Assembly: GCA_964470175.1 (NCBI GenBank)
Contig: CAYYBL010000004.1
Span: forward strand, 1 to 47,087
Direction: 5' to 3'
DNA length: 47,087 nucleotides
Source of the DNA: an uncultured Lachnospiraceae bacterium
GTDB lineage: Bacteria; Bacillota; Clostridia; TANB77; CAG-508
Positions 1-9,376 of this stretch are shown piece by piece. The position numbers and the translations under genes are program-made. Numbering within the stretch: position 1 is the stretch's first letter; each line of letters opens with the position of its first letter. Below the pieces are notes generated by a model. It saw only the letters and a list, made by a program, of their open reading frames with translations. It did not search any database and had not been told where the DNA came from.

Positions 1-1038
1 GCTCTATACTACAATAATACAAGAAAAAACGAATATAAGTTTTTAACTAAGATTTATGATGAGTATGTCTATAAGACATGCAGAGATGAAAGTGTAGATC
101 ATTTTAAAAGTGTATGTCAAAACATTGATTTATTAAAGAAAATAGAAATTAATACACTTGATTCATATGATGATAGCAAGATTGTGAGCAAATATGTAAA
201 AAACGGAACAACTATTCAAGACATCATAATGCAAAATATGAATGATGATATGGATGTAGTTTCAAACTTAATAGATAAATATACAAAAGAAATATTATAT
301 AAACTGCAAATTGTAGAGAATTCTGATGATACTGCATTTGAAAAGTATGGAATTGATATTGATGTAGAAAAAAAGAAAGAACTTCATTTTGTTGAGCATG
401 GTTTGTTTGATTTGATATTTCAGAATGTATTTGTTATTGATAATGATTTTTATGTATATGATCAAGAATGGATTGAGCCAAAGATTCCATTAGAATTTAT
501 TTTGTATAGATCAATTTTATATATGTCAGAATTATCAGCTGAAGAAAAAAATAGATTTTATGCAAAGCTTAATTTAAAAGACTATATTGATGAATTTTCT
601 ATACTAGAAAGTAAAATTCAAGAGCCAATTTTAGATAAGGAAGTATTTGATGCATATATAAATAGTGAAAAATCATACTCAGATGTAAATTCATATATAA
701 GTAAAGAAATAAACAAAAAGAATGATGAAATAACAAAGCTTGAAAGAGATATTAAGCATCTAAAAAAAGAAATTAATCATTTAAAACGAGAAAATGAAAC
801 ACAAGAAAAGAAACTAAAAGAGCAAAATTTGGAATTGCATAACGATTTGTATAAAACTAAAGTAAATGAAGGTGCTTTATTAAATTTAGTATATGAAAAA
901 GAAAAAAACTTGATAGAAAAAGAAAGAAGGATAGCAGAACTTGATTCTCTAGTAAATCATTATGAAAGCATGAAAGTTGTGAGACTAGGAAAATCAACAA
1001 AAAGATTATTTAGAAAAATAAAAGGAAAGAATGGGTAA
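1..1038 (+). CDS. 5'-truncated protein: kinase-like domain plus C-terminal coiled coil; candidate WbdD-like polysaccharide chain terminator
   Basis: Frame 1 is open from base 1 (ALYYNNTRKNEYKFLTKIYD...), so the GTG at 184 is internal. GLFDLIFQN...VYDQEW resembles a kinase catalytic loop plus DFG-equivalent. The last ~110 aa are heptad-rich (EITKLERDIKHLKKEINHLKREN) and end in a basic tail. Confidence 0.6.
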   Translation, partial: ALYYNNTRKNEYKFLTKIYDEYVYKTCRDESVDHFKSVCQNIDLLKKIEINTLDSYDDSKIVSKYVKNGTTIQDIIMQNMNDDMDVVSNLIDKYTKEILYKLQIVENSDDTAFEKYGIDIDVEKKKELHFVEHGLFDLIFQNVFVIDNDFYVYDQEWIEPKIPLEFILYRSILYMSELSAEEKNRFYAKLNLKDYIDEFSILESKIQEPILDKEVFDAYINSEKSYSDVNSYISKEINKKNDEITKLERDIKHLKKEINHLKRENETQEKKLKEQNLELHNDLYKTKVNEGALLNLVYEKEKNLIEKERRIAELDSLVNHYESMKVVRLGKSTKRLFRKIKGKNG

Positions 1039-1042
1039 ATAA

Positions 1043-4000
1043 ATGCAAAACGAAAAGCTTTTAAAAGATATGATAAATGAAGCTATGCTTGTATCCTTAG
1101 ATGTTTTTGATACGTTACTTTATAGAAAAACAAACAGTCCTGAAGTTATATTTGATATTATCGGAAGAAAGTATAATATTCATAATTTTAAGAAAATACG
1201 TATGAGCGCGCAAGATGAAGCAAGTATAAGAGTATATGAAAAATACAAATATCCACATGCAAACATAGATGAAATTTATGAAGTACTTGCTGAAAAAAAA
1301 GAATATAACATTGATTGGGAAGATGTTAAAAATTTTGAGATACAATTAGAAAAAGATAGCTTAGTATCAAATAAGGAAATGCTATCGATTTTTAAATATA
1401 TAAAAAGCATTGGAAAGAGAGTAGTAGCAACAACTGATATGTATCTTATGGCAGATACGATAAAAGACTTTTTAGAGCAAAATGGCTATGAAGGATTTGA
1501 CCATATTTATTGTTCTGCTGATGAGCATAAAGCTAAATTTAATAAAGAACTTTTTGAGCATGTTTCAAAATGCGAAGGTGTGCCATTTGATAAGATTTTT
1601 CATATTGGAGATAAAAAAAGGGACGATGGTGAATTCCCAAGAAGTTTTGGAATAAAAACATTTATTTATGAAAAAGAAATAGATTTAGAGAAAGTATCTA
1701 AATCTACATCTTCAGAAGTAGATAACGGACTATATAAAATATTATATGATTCAAATAAAAGTTTTATGTATAATCTTGGTGTCGAGGTCGGTGGACCATT
1801 ATATGTAGGGCTTTATTTATGGATGGAAAAAATCATTAAAAAAGCAAACAAAAAAGTATTTTTTCTATCAAGGGATGGATATAATTTATATCATTTGTTT
1901 AAAAATAGAGGATATACAAACGTAGAATATCTTTATATGTCTAGAAGATCTCTTCTTTTGGCTGGTATAACAGAATTTAAAGAAAAAGAACTTGATATTC
2001 TACCACCTTTTACAAGAGGTCAAACGATTAGTGAGATCTTAGAGTATTTGCAAATTCCTTTAGATAAAGTGTCTTTGAGTGGCTCATGCTTTGATTCAAT
2101 TGATGATGTTATAGATACTGATGAAGATATAAAAAATTTTAAAGATTTGTACATAATCAATAAAGATATCATATTAGAAAGATGTAGATATGAAAGGCAA
2201 AATGCAAAAGATTACTTAGAAAGAATTGGCTTTTTTGATGATGATTCTATTATATTTGATTGTGGCTGGAATGGAAGTTCACAAGAAATTCTTGAGCGTT
2301 TTAAAAAATCAATAAATTGCAAGTGTAAAAATGATTTTTATTATTTTGGTATTATAAATACAGTAAAAAGCCGTAGACAAATGCATAAGAAGTTCTATGA
2401 TACATATCTATGTAATTTTTATACTAATTATTCTCTTCAAAATATGGTACAAGAAGCGGTTGCAATTTTTGAATTGTTTTTTTCAGCACCTCATAATTCA
2501 GTATATTACTATTCGCCAGAAGGTGTAGTATTTGAAGACAGTGGCGAAAATAATGAGAAGGAAGATATACTAAAAGGTATAGAAGATTACTTAGAATTAG
2601 GAATTGATTTCATAAAAAAATATGACATAGAGTATACGCCAGAAATCTCAGTAGGGCATTTGGAAAGACTTGTAAAAAATCCTACTGTAGATGAAGCAAT
2701 ACAAATTGGAAACATAAATAATGTAGATGGATTTGCAAAACAAGCTGGTGTAGAAAAGTATATTGCATACATTACAGAAGAACAGTTTGAAATAAATCCT
2801 AATACTGAGATATATTGGATAACTGGATTCTTAAAGAGAAATGATATTTCTGAAGATTTAAAAGAAAGAGTAGCAAAAGTTCATAATGTGATATATCCAT
2901 ATGAAAAAATGGGAGAATATCATTTAGAAGATGAGCAAAGTATGAAGAATTTCAATAGGTGGATTAGTGTGCAGAATGATGAAGAACCATTGGATCTTAA
3001 ATATAATCCAATGTTTTCGGTCGTTATTCCAGTATATAATACAGTTCAAAGCCAACTTTCTATGGCAATAGATTCTGTTTTAGCTCAAACTTATAAGAAT
3101 TTTGAACTTATATTGGTAGATGATGCTTCAACTTGGCCAGAAGTGAGAGAGACTTTAAAGAATTACGAAACGTGCAATAATGTAAAAATTAAATATAGAG
3201 AAAAAAATGGTAATATTTCAAATACCACAAATGATGGTATAAATATGGCATCAGGTGAATATATAGTATTTATGGACTGTGATGATACTATTGAAAAAAC
3301 AGCTTTATATGAATTTGCAAAAAAGATAAATGAAAATCCAAACTATGAATTTATATATAGTGATGAGGACAAGATTACTGAAGATAGCAAAATTAGACAC
3401 TTACCATTCTTTAAACCAGATTGGTCACCAGATTTATTTATGTCTATGATGTATACAAATCATTTAGCAGTATACAAGCTAGATAGAGTTAAAGAAGTAG
3501 GTATGCTAAGACCAGAATACGATGGCGTACAAGATTATGATTTGACACTAAGGATTACAGAAAAAATAGATTATAAAAATATTGGACACATATCAAAAAT
3601 ACTTTACCATTGGAGAGAAAGAAAAGAATCAGTTGCATATGCAATGAGTTCAAAAAACTATGTGACTGATCTTACAAAATATGCAAAGGAAGAAGCCTTA
3701 AAAAGAAGAAATATACCAGGTCATATGGAATATATAGTGGGACTTAATCAATATAGGGTTGTATATGAGCCGGCAGATAATCCTAAAGTAAGTATTATAA
3801 TTCCTACAAAAGATCACCCAGATATTTTGATGCAATGCATAAATTCTATAGAAAGATTTACTGATTACAAAAATTATGAAATTGTAGTAGTAGATAATGG
3901 AAGTAGTGCTGAAAATAAAGAAATAATATCTAATTATCTTGAGCATAAAGGGCATAAGTACATCTATGATAGATATGAATTTAACTTTTCAAAAATGTGT

Positions 4001-5404
4001 AATATTGGTGCTAGAAATAGTCTGGGCGATTATTTATTGTTTTTAAATGATGATACAGAAATGTTCCAAAGAGATTGGCTTTATAGATTAGTGGGACATG
4101 CTGAACAAAAACATGTTGGAATTGTTGGCGGAAAATTATTGTTCCCAGAGACTACTATAATACAACATGATGGGGTTTCAAATATTAAAGAAGGTCCAAG
4201 TCATAATTACATATATTTAGATGATTCTAATACATATGGTTTTGGATTTAATAGAATTGATTTAAATACGATTGCTATTACTGGTGCATTTTTAATGATA
4301 AGTAAGGCTATATTTAGCAAAGTTGGAGAATTTGATGAAAGTTTTCCAATTGCATATAATGACATCGATTTGTGTTTTAAAGTATATGAAGCAGGGTACT
4401 ACAATGTTATAAGAAATGACGTTATAGGATATCATTATGAATCGCTAAGTAGGGGAAATGACTCTATAAATAGAGAAAAATTTTTAAGATTAAGTGCTGA
4501 AAGACAAAGATTATATGAAAAACATCCAGAGCTTAAAGGTAGAGATCCATTCTTAAACAAAAATCTTAATAATTATAGTGTTATATTAGATTTGAAAGAT
4601 AACTATAATAAAATAAGCAAAGTGGATATTTCAGATGCAATATGTGATAGTACTGGAAATATTGATTATGTAAATGTCACGAATCAAGTATCTATTGCTG
4701 GATGGTCGTATATTAATTCAAGAGAGAAAAACAGTGAATTAAAAAGATATTTAGTTTTAAAAGATATATATGATAATACGTATAAAATTGATACAAATGC
4801 TTACAAAAGAGATGATGTTGCAAATAACTTTGATGAAGAAAACGATATAATAGATTATGGATTTGAATGTGTTATTGATAAGAATTTATTAAGTTTAGAA
4901 GATATAAGATACAAAATTGGTATTTTAACAATTGATAAGGAAAATGTAAAGCATATTGTATGGCCTTTATCTACAAACATAATAAGCCTTGAAAGAAAAA
5001 TACCAAGTTATGCTGATAAAGAAGTATTACATACTACTGATAAAATAGAAAATACAAGTAAAAGAGTTATATGGAATTTTGATACCATTGAAGATACCAG
5101 TGAAGATATTTTTCTTAGAGGTTGGGGTATATGTGATGAAAACAATAGTTATAAATATAAAACAGAGATAATCTTGAGAAGACAAGAAGAGGCATATATT
5201 TATAAGGCAGATAAGAAAAATAGATACGATGTAGCTATGTCAATGCCAAGTTTTCATTTTATAAATAATGTAGGTTTTGTTTGTAGGATATTGAAGAAAT
5301 CACTTAAAAAGGGTGATTATGAGATAATACTTAAATTTACAAACAAACTTGATAATAATGATACAAATTATGTAATTACAGAGAAAAAAATAAGTGTTGA
5401 ATAA
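1043..5404 (+). CDS. Multidomain glycan polymerase: HAD phosphatase + phosphoribosyltransferase-like domain + two GT2 domains + C-terminal beta-rich repeats
   Basis: HAD motifs SLDVFDTLL, TTDMY, K and HIGD. The middle domain has FLSRDG, SRRSL and FDCGWNGSSQ. GT2 motifs are FSVVIPVYN/VDDAS/FMDCDD/YSDED and VSIIIPTKD/VDNGS/FLNDD. Confidence 0.8.
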   Translation: MQNEKLLKDMINEAMLVSLDVFDTLLYRKTNSPEVIFDIIGRKYNIHNFKKIRMSAQDEASIRVYEKYKYPHANIDEIYEVLAEKKEYNIDWEDVKNFEIQLEKDSLVSNKEMLSIFKYIKSIGKRVVATTDMYLMADTIKDFLEQNGYEGFDHIYCSADEHKAKFNKELFEHVSKCEGVPFDKIFHIGDKKRDDGEFPRSFGIKTFIYEKEIDLEKVSKSTSSEVDNGLYKILYDSNKSFMYNLGVEVGGPLYVGLYLWMEKIIKKANKKVFFLSRDGYNLYHLFKNRGYTNVEYLYMSRRSLLLAGITEFKEKELDILPPFTRGQTISEILEYLQIPLDKVSLSGSCFDSIDDVIDTDEDIKNFKDLYIINKDIILERCRYERQNAKDYLERIGFFDDDSIIFDCGWNGSSQEILERFKKSINCKCKNDFYYFGIINTVKSRRQMHKKFYDTYLCNFYTNYSLQNMVQEAVAIFELFFSAPHNSVYYYSPEGVVFEDSGENNEKEDILKGIEDYLELGIDFIKKYDIEYTPEISVGHLERLVKNPTVDEAIQIGNINNVDGFAKQAGVEKYIAYITEEQFEINPNTEIYWITGFLKRNDISEDLKERVAKVHNVIYPYEKMGEYHLEDEQSMKNFNRWISVQNDEEPLDLKYNPMFSVVIPVYNTVQSQLSMAIDSVLAQTYKNFELILVDDASTWPEVRETLKNYETCNNVKIKYREKNGNISNTTNDGINMASGEYIVFMDCDDTIEKTALYEFAKKINENPNYEFIYSDEDKITEDSKIRHLPFFKPDWSPDLFMSMMYTNHLAVYKLDRVKEVGMLRPEYDGVQDYDLTLRITEKIDYKNIGHISKILYHWRERKESVAYAMSSKNYVTDLTKYAKEEALKRRNIPGHMEYIVGLNQYRVVYEPADNPKVSIIIPTKDHPDILMQCINSIERFTDYKNYEIVVVDNGSSAENKEIISNYLEHKGHKYIYDRYEFNFSKMCNIGARNSLGDYLLFLNDDTEMFQRDWLYRLVGHAEQKHVGIVGGKLLFPETTIIQHDGVSNIKEGPSHNYIYLDDSNTYGFGFNRIDLNTIAITGAFLMISKAIFSKVGEFDESFPIAYNDIDLCFKVYEAGYYNVIRNDVIGYHYESLSRGNDSINREKFLRLSAERQRLYEKHPELKGRDPFLNKNLNNYSVILDLKDNYNKISKVDISDAICDSTGNIDYVNVTNQVSIAGWSYINSREKNSELKRYLVLKDIYDNTYKIDTNAYKRDDVANNFDEENDIIDYGFECVIDKNLLSLEDIRYKIGILTIDKENVKHIVWPLSTNIISLERKIPSYADKEVLHTTDKIENTSKRVIWNFDTIEDTSEDIFLRGWGICDENNSYKYKTEIILRRQEEAYIYKADKKNRYDVAMSMPSFHFINNVGFVCRILKKSLKKGDYEIILKFTNKLDNNDTNYVITEKKISVE

Positions 5405-5439
5405 GCCAAACTAGATGTGAGAAAGGAATTAAAACAGAA

Positions 5440-6231
5440 GTGATAGAATTTTTTAAGATATTATATCAAAATAGAAAGCTTGCAATTCAACTTGGAAAGA
5501 ATGATTTTAGAAACAAATTTGCAAATACAAGTTTAGGAACCCTATGGGGCTTTGCACAACCATTTGTTTTTATGATTACTTATGTTATAGTCTTTCAATT
5601 TATTTTGAAAACAGGAAGTTCTGGAAAGTATCCATATATAGTATGGTTCTTGCCAGGAATGAGTATGTGGCTATATATAAGTGATGCAATACTATCTTCT
5701 AGTAGTTCAATAAGAAATTATAGTTATTTAGTTAAAAAAGTTGTATTTCCGGTTGATATTATACCGATAATTTCAATTATTTCATCAAGTTACATAGGTG
5801 CATTTCTTGTATTTATTTCTACGATGGCTGCAACTATATTTGGATTTTTCCCAAATATTCTTAATATTATTTACATAGTCTTTTGTACTTTATGTTTGAT
5901 AGTTGCTATTACTAGATTTACATCTGCACTTGTTACTGTACTTCCTGATTTTGCACAATTACTTAATATAATAATACAACTTTGTATGTGGTTTACACCA
6001 ATCGTGTGGAATCTTTCGATGCTTAATGGTTGGATGTCTAGCTTATTTAAATTATTACCTTTTACATATATTATTGAGGGATTTAGACAGTCATTTATAT
6101 CAACTTCTACAATTATTACAGAACATCACTTTGTGTATACAATTAGCTTTTGGGTAATTACAAGTATTATTTTCTTGTGGGGAAATTCAATTTTTAAGAG
6201 AAATAAAAAAGATTTTGCAGATGTATTATAA
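5440..6231 (+). CDS. wzm: ABC-2 polysaccharide exporter permease (Wzm/RgpC/TagG family)
   Basis: NDFRNKFANTSLGTLWGFAQP, YSYLVKKVVFP, WFTPIVW and a C-terminal FADVL; about 6 TM segments. Confidence 0.93.
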   Translation: MIEFFKILYQNRKLAIQLGKNDFRNKFANTSLGTLWGFAQPFVFMITYVIVFQFILKTGSSGKYPYIVWFLPGMSMWLYISDAILSSSSSIRNYSYLVKKVVFPVDIIPIISIISSSYIGAFLVFISTMAATIFGFFPNILNIIYIVFCTLCLIVAITRFTSALVTVLPDFAQLLNIIIQLCMWFTPIVWNLSMLNGWMSSLFKLLPFTYIIEGFRQSFISTSTIITEHHFVYTISFWVITSIIFLWGNSIFKRNKKDFADVL

Positions 6232-6246
6232 AATTTGGAGAAAAAA

Positions 6247-7557
6247 ATGAGTGATAATGATTCAGTTATAAAAATTAATAATTTAAGCAAAGAATATAAG
6301 ATGTTTGCGAGAAAAAAAGATAGACTTTTGCAGACAATTTTTCATAATAAGTATAAGAGATATGGCACATTTAAAGCTCTAGATAATCTAAATTTAGAGA
6401 TAAAAAAAGGAGAGGTTGTTGGTATACTTGGAAAAAATGGTGCTGGGAAATCTACTCTTCTTAAGATTGTCACTGGAGTTGTTATACCAACAAGTGGTGA
6501 TGTTAGCATTAATGGAAAAGTAAGTTCGCTTCTTGAACTTGGAGCTGCTTTTAATCCAGAGCTAACAGGTATGGAAAATATTTATCAGCATGGTCAAGTA
6601 ATGGGACTTTCAAATGAAGAAATAGATGCAAAAAGGCAAGAAATAATTGATTTTGCAGATATTGGTGATCATTTATATCAACCAGTAAAGACATATTCTT
6701 CTGGAATGTTTGCAAGACTTGCTTTTGCGTGTGCAATTAATGTTGATCCAGATATCCTTATTGTAGATGAAGTTTTATCCGTAGGAGATATGGCTTTTCA
6801 GTTTAAATGCTTTAAGAAGTTTGAACAGTTTAAGAAAAATGGAAAAACTATATTGTTTGTTAGTCATAGTGTTGGAGATATCCAAAGAAACTGTACAAGA
6901 ACGATTATACTTGATTGTGGAAAAAAGATATATGATGGAGCTGTAAAAGAAGGAGTTGAGAGATACAAAAAAATAATGGTAGGTCTTGGAGGCTCTTTGG
7001 ATGATGATGATGAAGATGAAAATGAAGAAGAAATAGATGATAATATAGAAAATCCTGAAATGGAAGGAGATTGGAAACATAATTTTGTACAAAATCCAGA
7101 AATTATAGATTATGGAGATAAAAGAGCTGAGGTTATAGATTATGGTATGTTTGATACTAAATATAGACCAATCAATGCTTTTGACAATGGTGATGAAGTA
7201 ATTCTAAAATCAAAAATACTATTTCATGAAGATGTATCAGATCCAATTTTTACAATGACGTTAAAAGATTTTCAGGGAGATACTATAGCTGGAACGAATA
7301 CAGATTATGAAAAAATATTAACTGGAAAATTTCAAAAGAATGATATAGCAGAGGTAGAATTTAGACAAAGAATTCCAGCAAAAGCTGGAAAATATACTCT
7401 TTCATTTAGTTGTACAAAATATAATCTTCAAGGGCAACTTGAGGTATTAAATAGAAAATATGATGCACTACTTATAGATGTTATTACATCAAAATATTCT
7501 GTTGGAATGATAAGACTTGATTCAGATATTAAAATTAAAAAATATTCAAAAAAATAA
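6247..7557 (+). CDS. wzt: ABC polysaccharide exporter ATPase with C-terminal Wzt_C-type carbohydrate-binding domain
   Basis: Walker A GKNGAGKST, YSSGMFARLAF, DEVLSVGD, then an acidic linker and a ~150-aa C-terminal domain. ATG at 6247 follows a GGAG RBS. Confidence 0.93.
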   Translation: MSDNDSVIKINNLSKEYKMFARKKDRLLQTIFHNKYKRYGTFKALDNLNLEIKKGEVVGILGKNGAGKSTLLKIVTGVVIPTSGDVSINGKVSSLLELGAAFNPELTGMENIYQHGQVMGLSNEEIDAKRQEIIDFADIGDHLYQPVKTYSSGMFARLAFACAINVDPDILIVDEVLSVGDMAFQFKCFKKFEQFKKNGKTILFVSHSVGDIQRNCTRTIILDCGKKIYDGAVKEGVERYKKIMVGLGGSLDDDDEDENEEEIDDNIENPEMEGDWKHNFVQNPEIIDYGDKRAEVIDYGMFDTKYRPINAFDNGDEVILKSKILFHEDVSDPIFTMTLKDFQGDTIAGTNTDYEKILTGKFQKNDIAEVEFRQRIPAKAGKYTLSFSCTKYNLQGQLEVLNRKYDALLIDVITSKYSVGMIRLDSDIKIKKYSKK

Positions 7558-7572
7558 TTAGAGGTTTGATAT

Positions 7573-8385
7573 ATGAGTAAAATAAAAAAAGTTTTTATTG
7601 TAATTCTTATAATAATCATAGTAATTGTATGTAATTGCTTGGGCTTAAATACAAGATATAAAAATAGATTAAAAGTCACACAAATTACTTCTAATGGATG
7701 TGGATATATTTTTACAACCAAGAAAAATAATTTAGTGATTGTTGATGGTGGCAATAAGAATAATACTGAAAAATTAATGAATATTATAAGCGAGCACGAT
7801 AATTTAGTTACAGCATGGATTGTTACTTCTCCTGAAGAAGATAAAATAGGAGCTCTATGTGAAATAATTAGAGGAGTAAATGATATTAGAATACACAATC
7901 TTTTAAATAATTTAGTATTTGATGATGATTGGTATGACAATTTAAACATTAGTAGTGATGAAATATATAAAATGAAACAAAATATTGATATGATTTACAA
8001 TGGTAGATATAGAAAGAGTCTAGTGCAGATAGGAAGAAGAGCACAATATTCATTTGATAATTTTTTCTTTACACCTCTTGAAATAAACGATACAAATAGC
8101 ACAGAAATATCTGATCAAAGAATTATTTATAAAGTTGATAATACATTTAAAAATATTATTTTATTTAACGATATAAATGAAAATATGGCTAATATCTTTC
8201 TTGAAAATGATAAAGACCAATTTAAAAATGAAGCAATTTATTTCTATAACAGTAATTCTCAAATTGTTAGAGATATTATAGATAAAACGAAAGCAAAAAA
8301 AGTATACACATCAGAAATGGTAGATGGACTTAATAATAGGATTATAGTATCTAAGGATGCTGAATTTTCTGATGAAATTTGGTAA
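7573..8385 (+). CDS. Membrane-anchored metallo-beta-lactamase-fold (ComEC/Rec2-like) protein, metal ligands lost
   Basis: N-terminal TM, then LVIVDGG and AWIVTSPEEDKIGAL at the position of the canonical THxHxDH motif. Confidence 0.6.
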   Translation: MSKIKKVFIVILIIIIVIVCNCLGLNTRYKNRLKVTQITSNGCGYIFTTKKNNLVIVDGGNKNNTEKLMNIISEHDNLVTAWIVTSPEEDKIGALCEIIRGVNDIRIHNLLNNLVFDDDWYDNLNISSDEIYKMKQNIDMIYNGRYRKSLVQIGRRAQYSFDNFFFTPLEINDTNSTEISDQRIIYKVDNTFKNIILFNDINENMANIFLENDKDQFKNEAIYFYNSNSQIVRDIIDKTKAKKVYTSEMVDGLNNRIIVSKDAEFSDEIW

Positions 8386-8396
8386 AGGGTAGTTAG

Positions 8397-9365
8397 ATGA
8401 GTAAAGTTGATATATTGCTTGCAACGTATAATGGAGAGCAATTTTTGAAAAGTCAAATTGATAGTATTTTAAATCAAACATATACTGATTTTAGACTTTT
8501 AATTTCAGATGATCATTCAAGTGACAGCACGGTAAGTATTTTAAAAGAGTATGCAAAGCTCGACAAGAGAATAGTACTTTTCTTTCAAGAAAAAAATTTA
8601 GGCATTATGAAAAATTTTGAATTTCTTTTAAGTAAAGTTGAAAGTGATTACTATATGTTTTCAGATCAGGACGATGTTTGGAATGAAGATAAGATAATGC
8701 TTTCAATTGAGAAGCTTGAAAATACAAGTTCTGATATAGTGTTTTCTGATCTTGAAGTTGTGGATACAGATTTAAATGTAATATATGATTCATATTGGAA
8801 ACTAAAAGGTTTTTATAAGAAAATCAAAAAATATAATAGTTTTGAAGCTCTTTATCTTACAAATTATGTCACTGGTTGTACAATGATTTCTAAGTCTGAA
8901 TATATAAATGAGTGTTTACCATTTCCAGATAGTAAATATATATTGTATGACTACTGGATAGCACTTATATTAAGCAAATCACATAAGATTTCATATATAG
9001 AAAAGCCACTTATAAAATATAGACAGCACAAACATAATACAATAGGTTCTAAGAAAAAGTCTAATGAACTAAAAAGTATAGATGAAATAAGAAAACTATT
9101 TATAGATGTAAAAAAAGATCACTTCTCAAGTTTGATTCAAAATGAAGATAAATTCTTTTCAGATGACATTAAATTATTAAATCATAAATCGCTTGAATAT
9201 TTTGAAATGCTTGAGAAAAAGAAAAATTTCAATTTTAGAGGATGGGCTCTTTTTTCTAAGTTATACAAATATGAAAACTTTAAATATAGGTTTGAAAATT
9301 TCTTAATTTTAAATCTACCATTTTTGGCAAGAATTTTATTTAAAATAAGAAGTATATTTAAATAA
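8397..9365 (+). CDS. GT2 glycosyltransferase, RgpB-like rhamnosyltransferase
   Basis: ILLATYNGEQFL, ISDDHSSD, FSDQDDVW, VTGCT, YRQH. Confidence 0.88.
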   Translation: MSKVDILLATYNGEQFLKSQIDSILNQTYTDFRLLISDDHSSDSTVSILKEYAKLDKRIVLFFQEKNLGIMKNFEFLLSKVESDYYMFSDQDDVWNEDKIMLSIEKLENTSSDIVFSDLEVVDTDLNVIYDSYWKLKGFYKKIKKYNSFEALYLTNYVTGCTMISKSEYINECLPFPDSKYILYDYWIALILSKSHKISYIEKPLIKYRQHKHNTIGSKKKSNELKSIDEIRKLFIDVKKDHFSSLIQNEDKFFSDDIKLLNHKSLEYFEMLEKKKNFNFRGWALFSKLYKYENFKYRFENFLILNLPFLARILFKIRSIFK

Positions 9366-9376
9366 ATTGGAGAATT

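Noticed and set aside
922-936. AGG-A as a frameshift signal analogous to CGG-A
   Set aside because: In-frame AGG, including AGG-A (GAA AGA AGG ATA here), occurs repeatedly in intact genes with no frame break.
7000-7045. GAT/GAA trinucleotide run in wzt
   Set aside because: It encodes an in-frame acidic linker and is not a phase-variable repeat.
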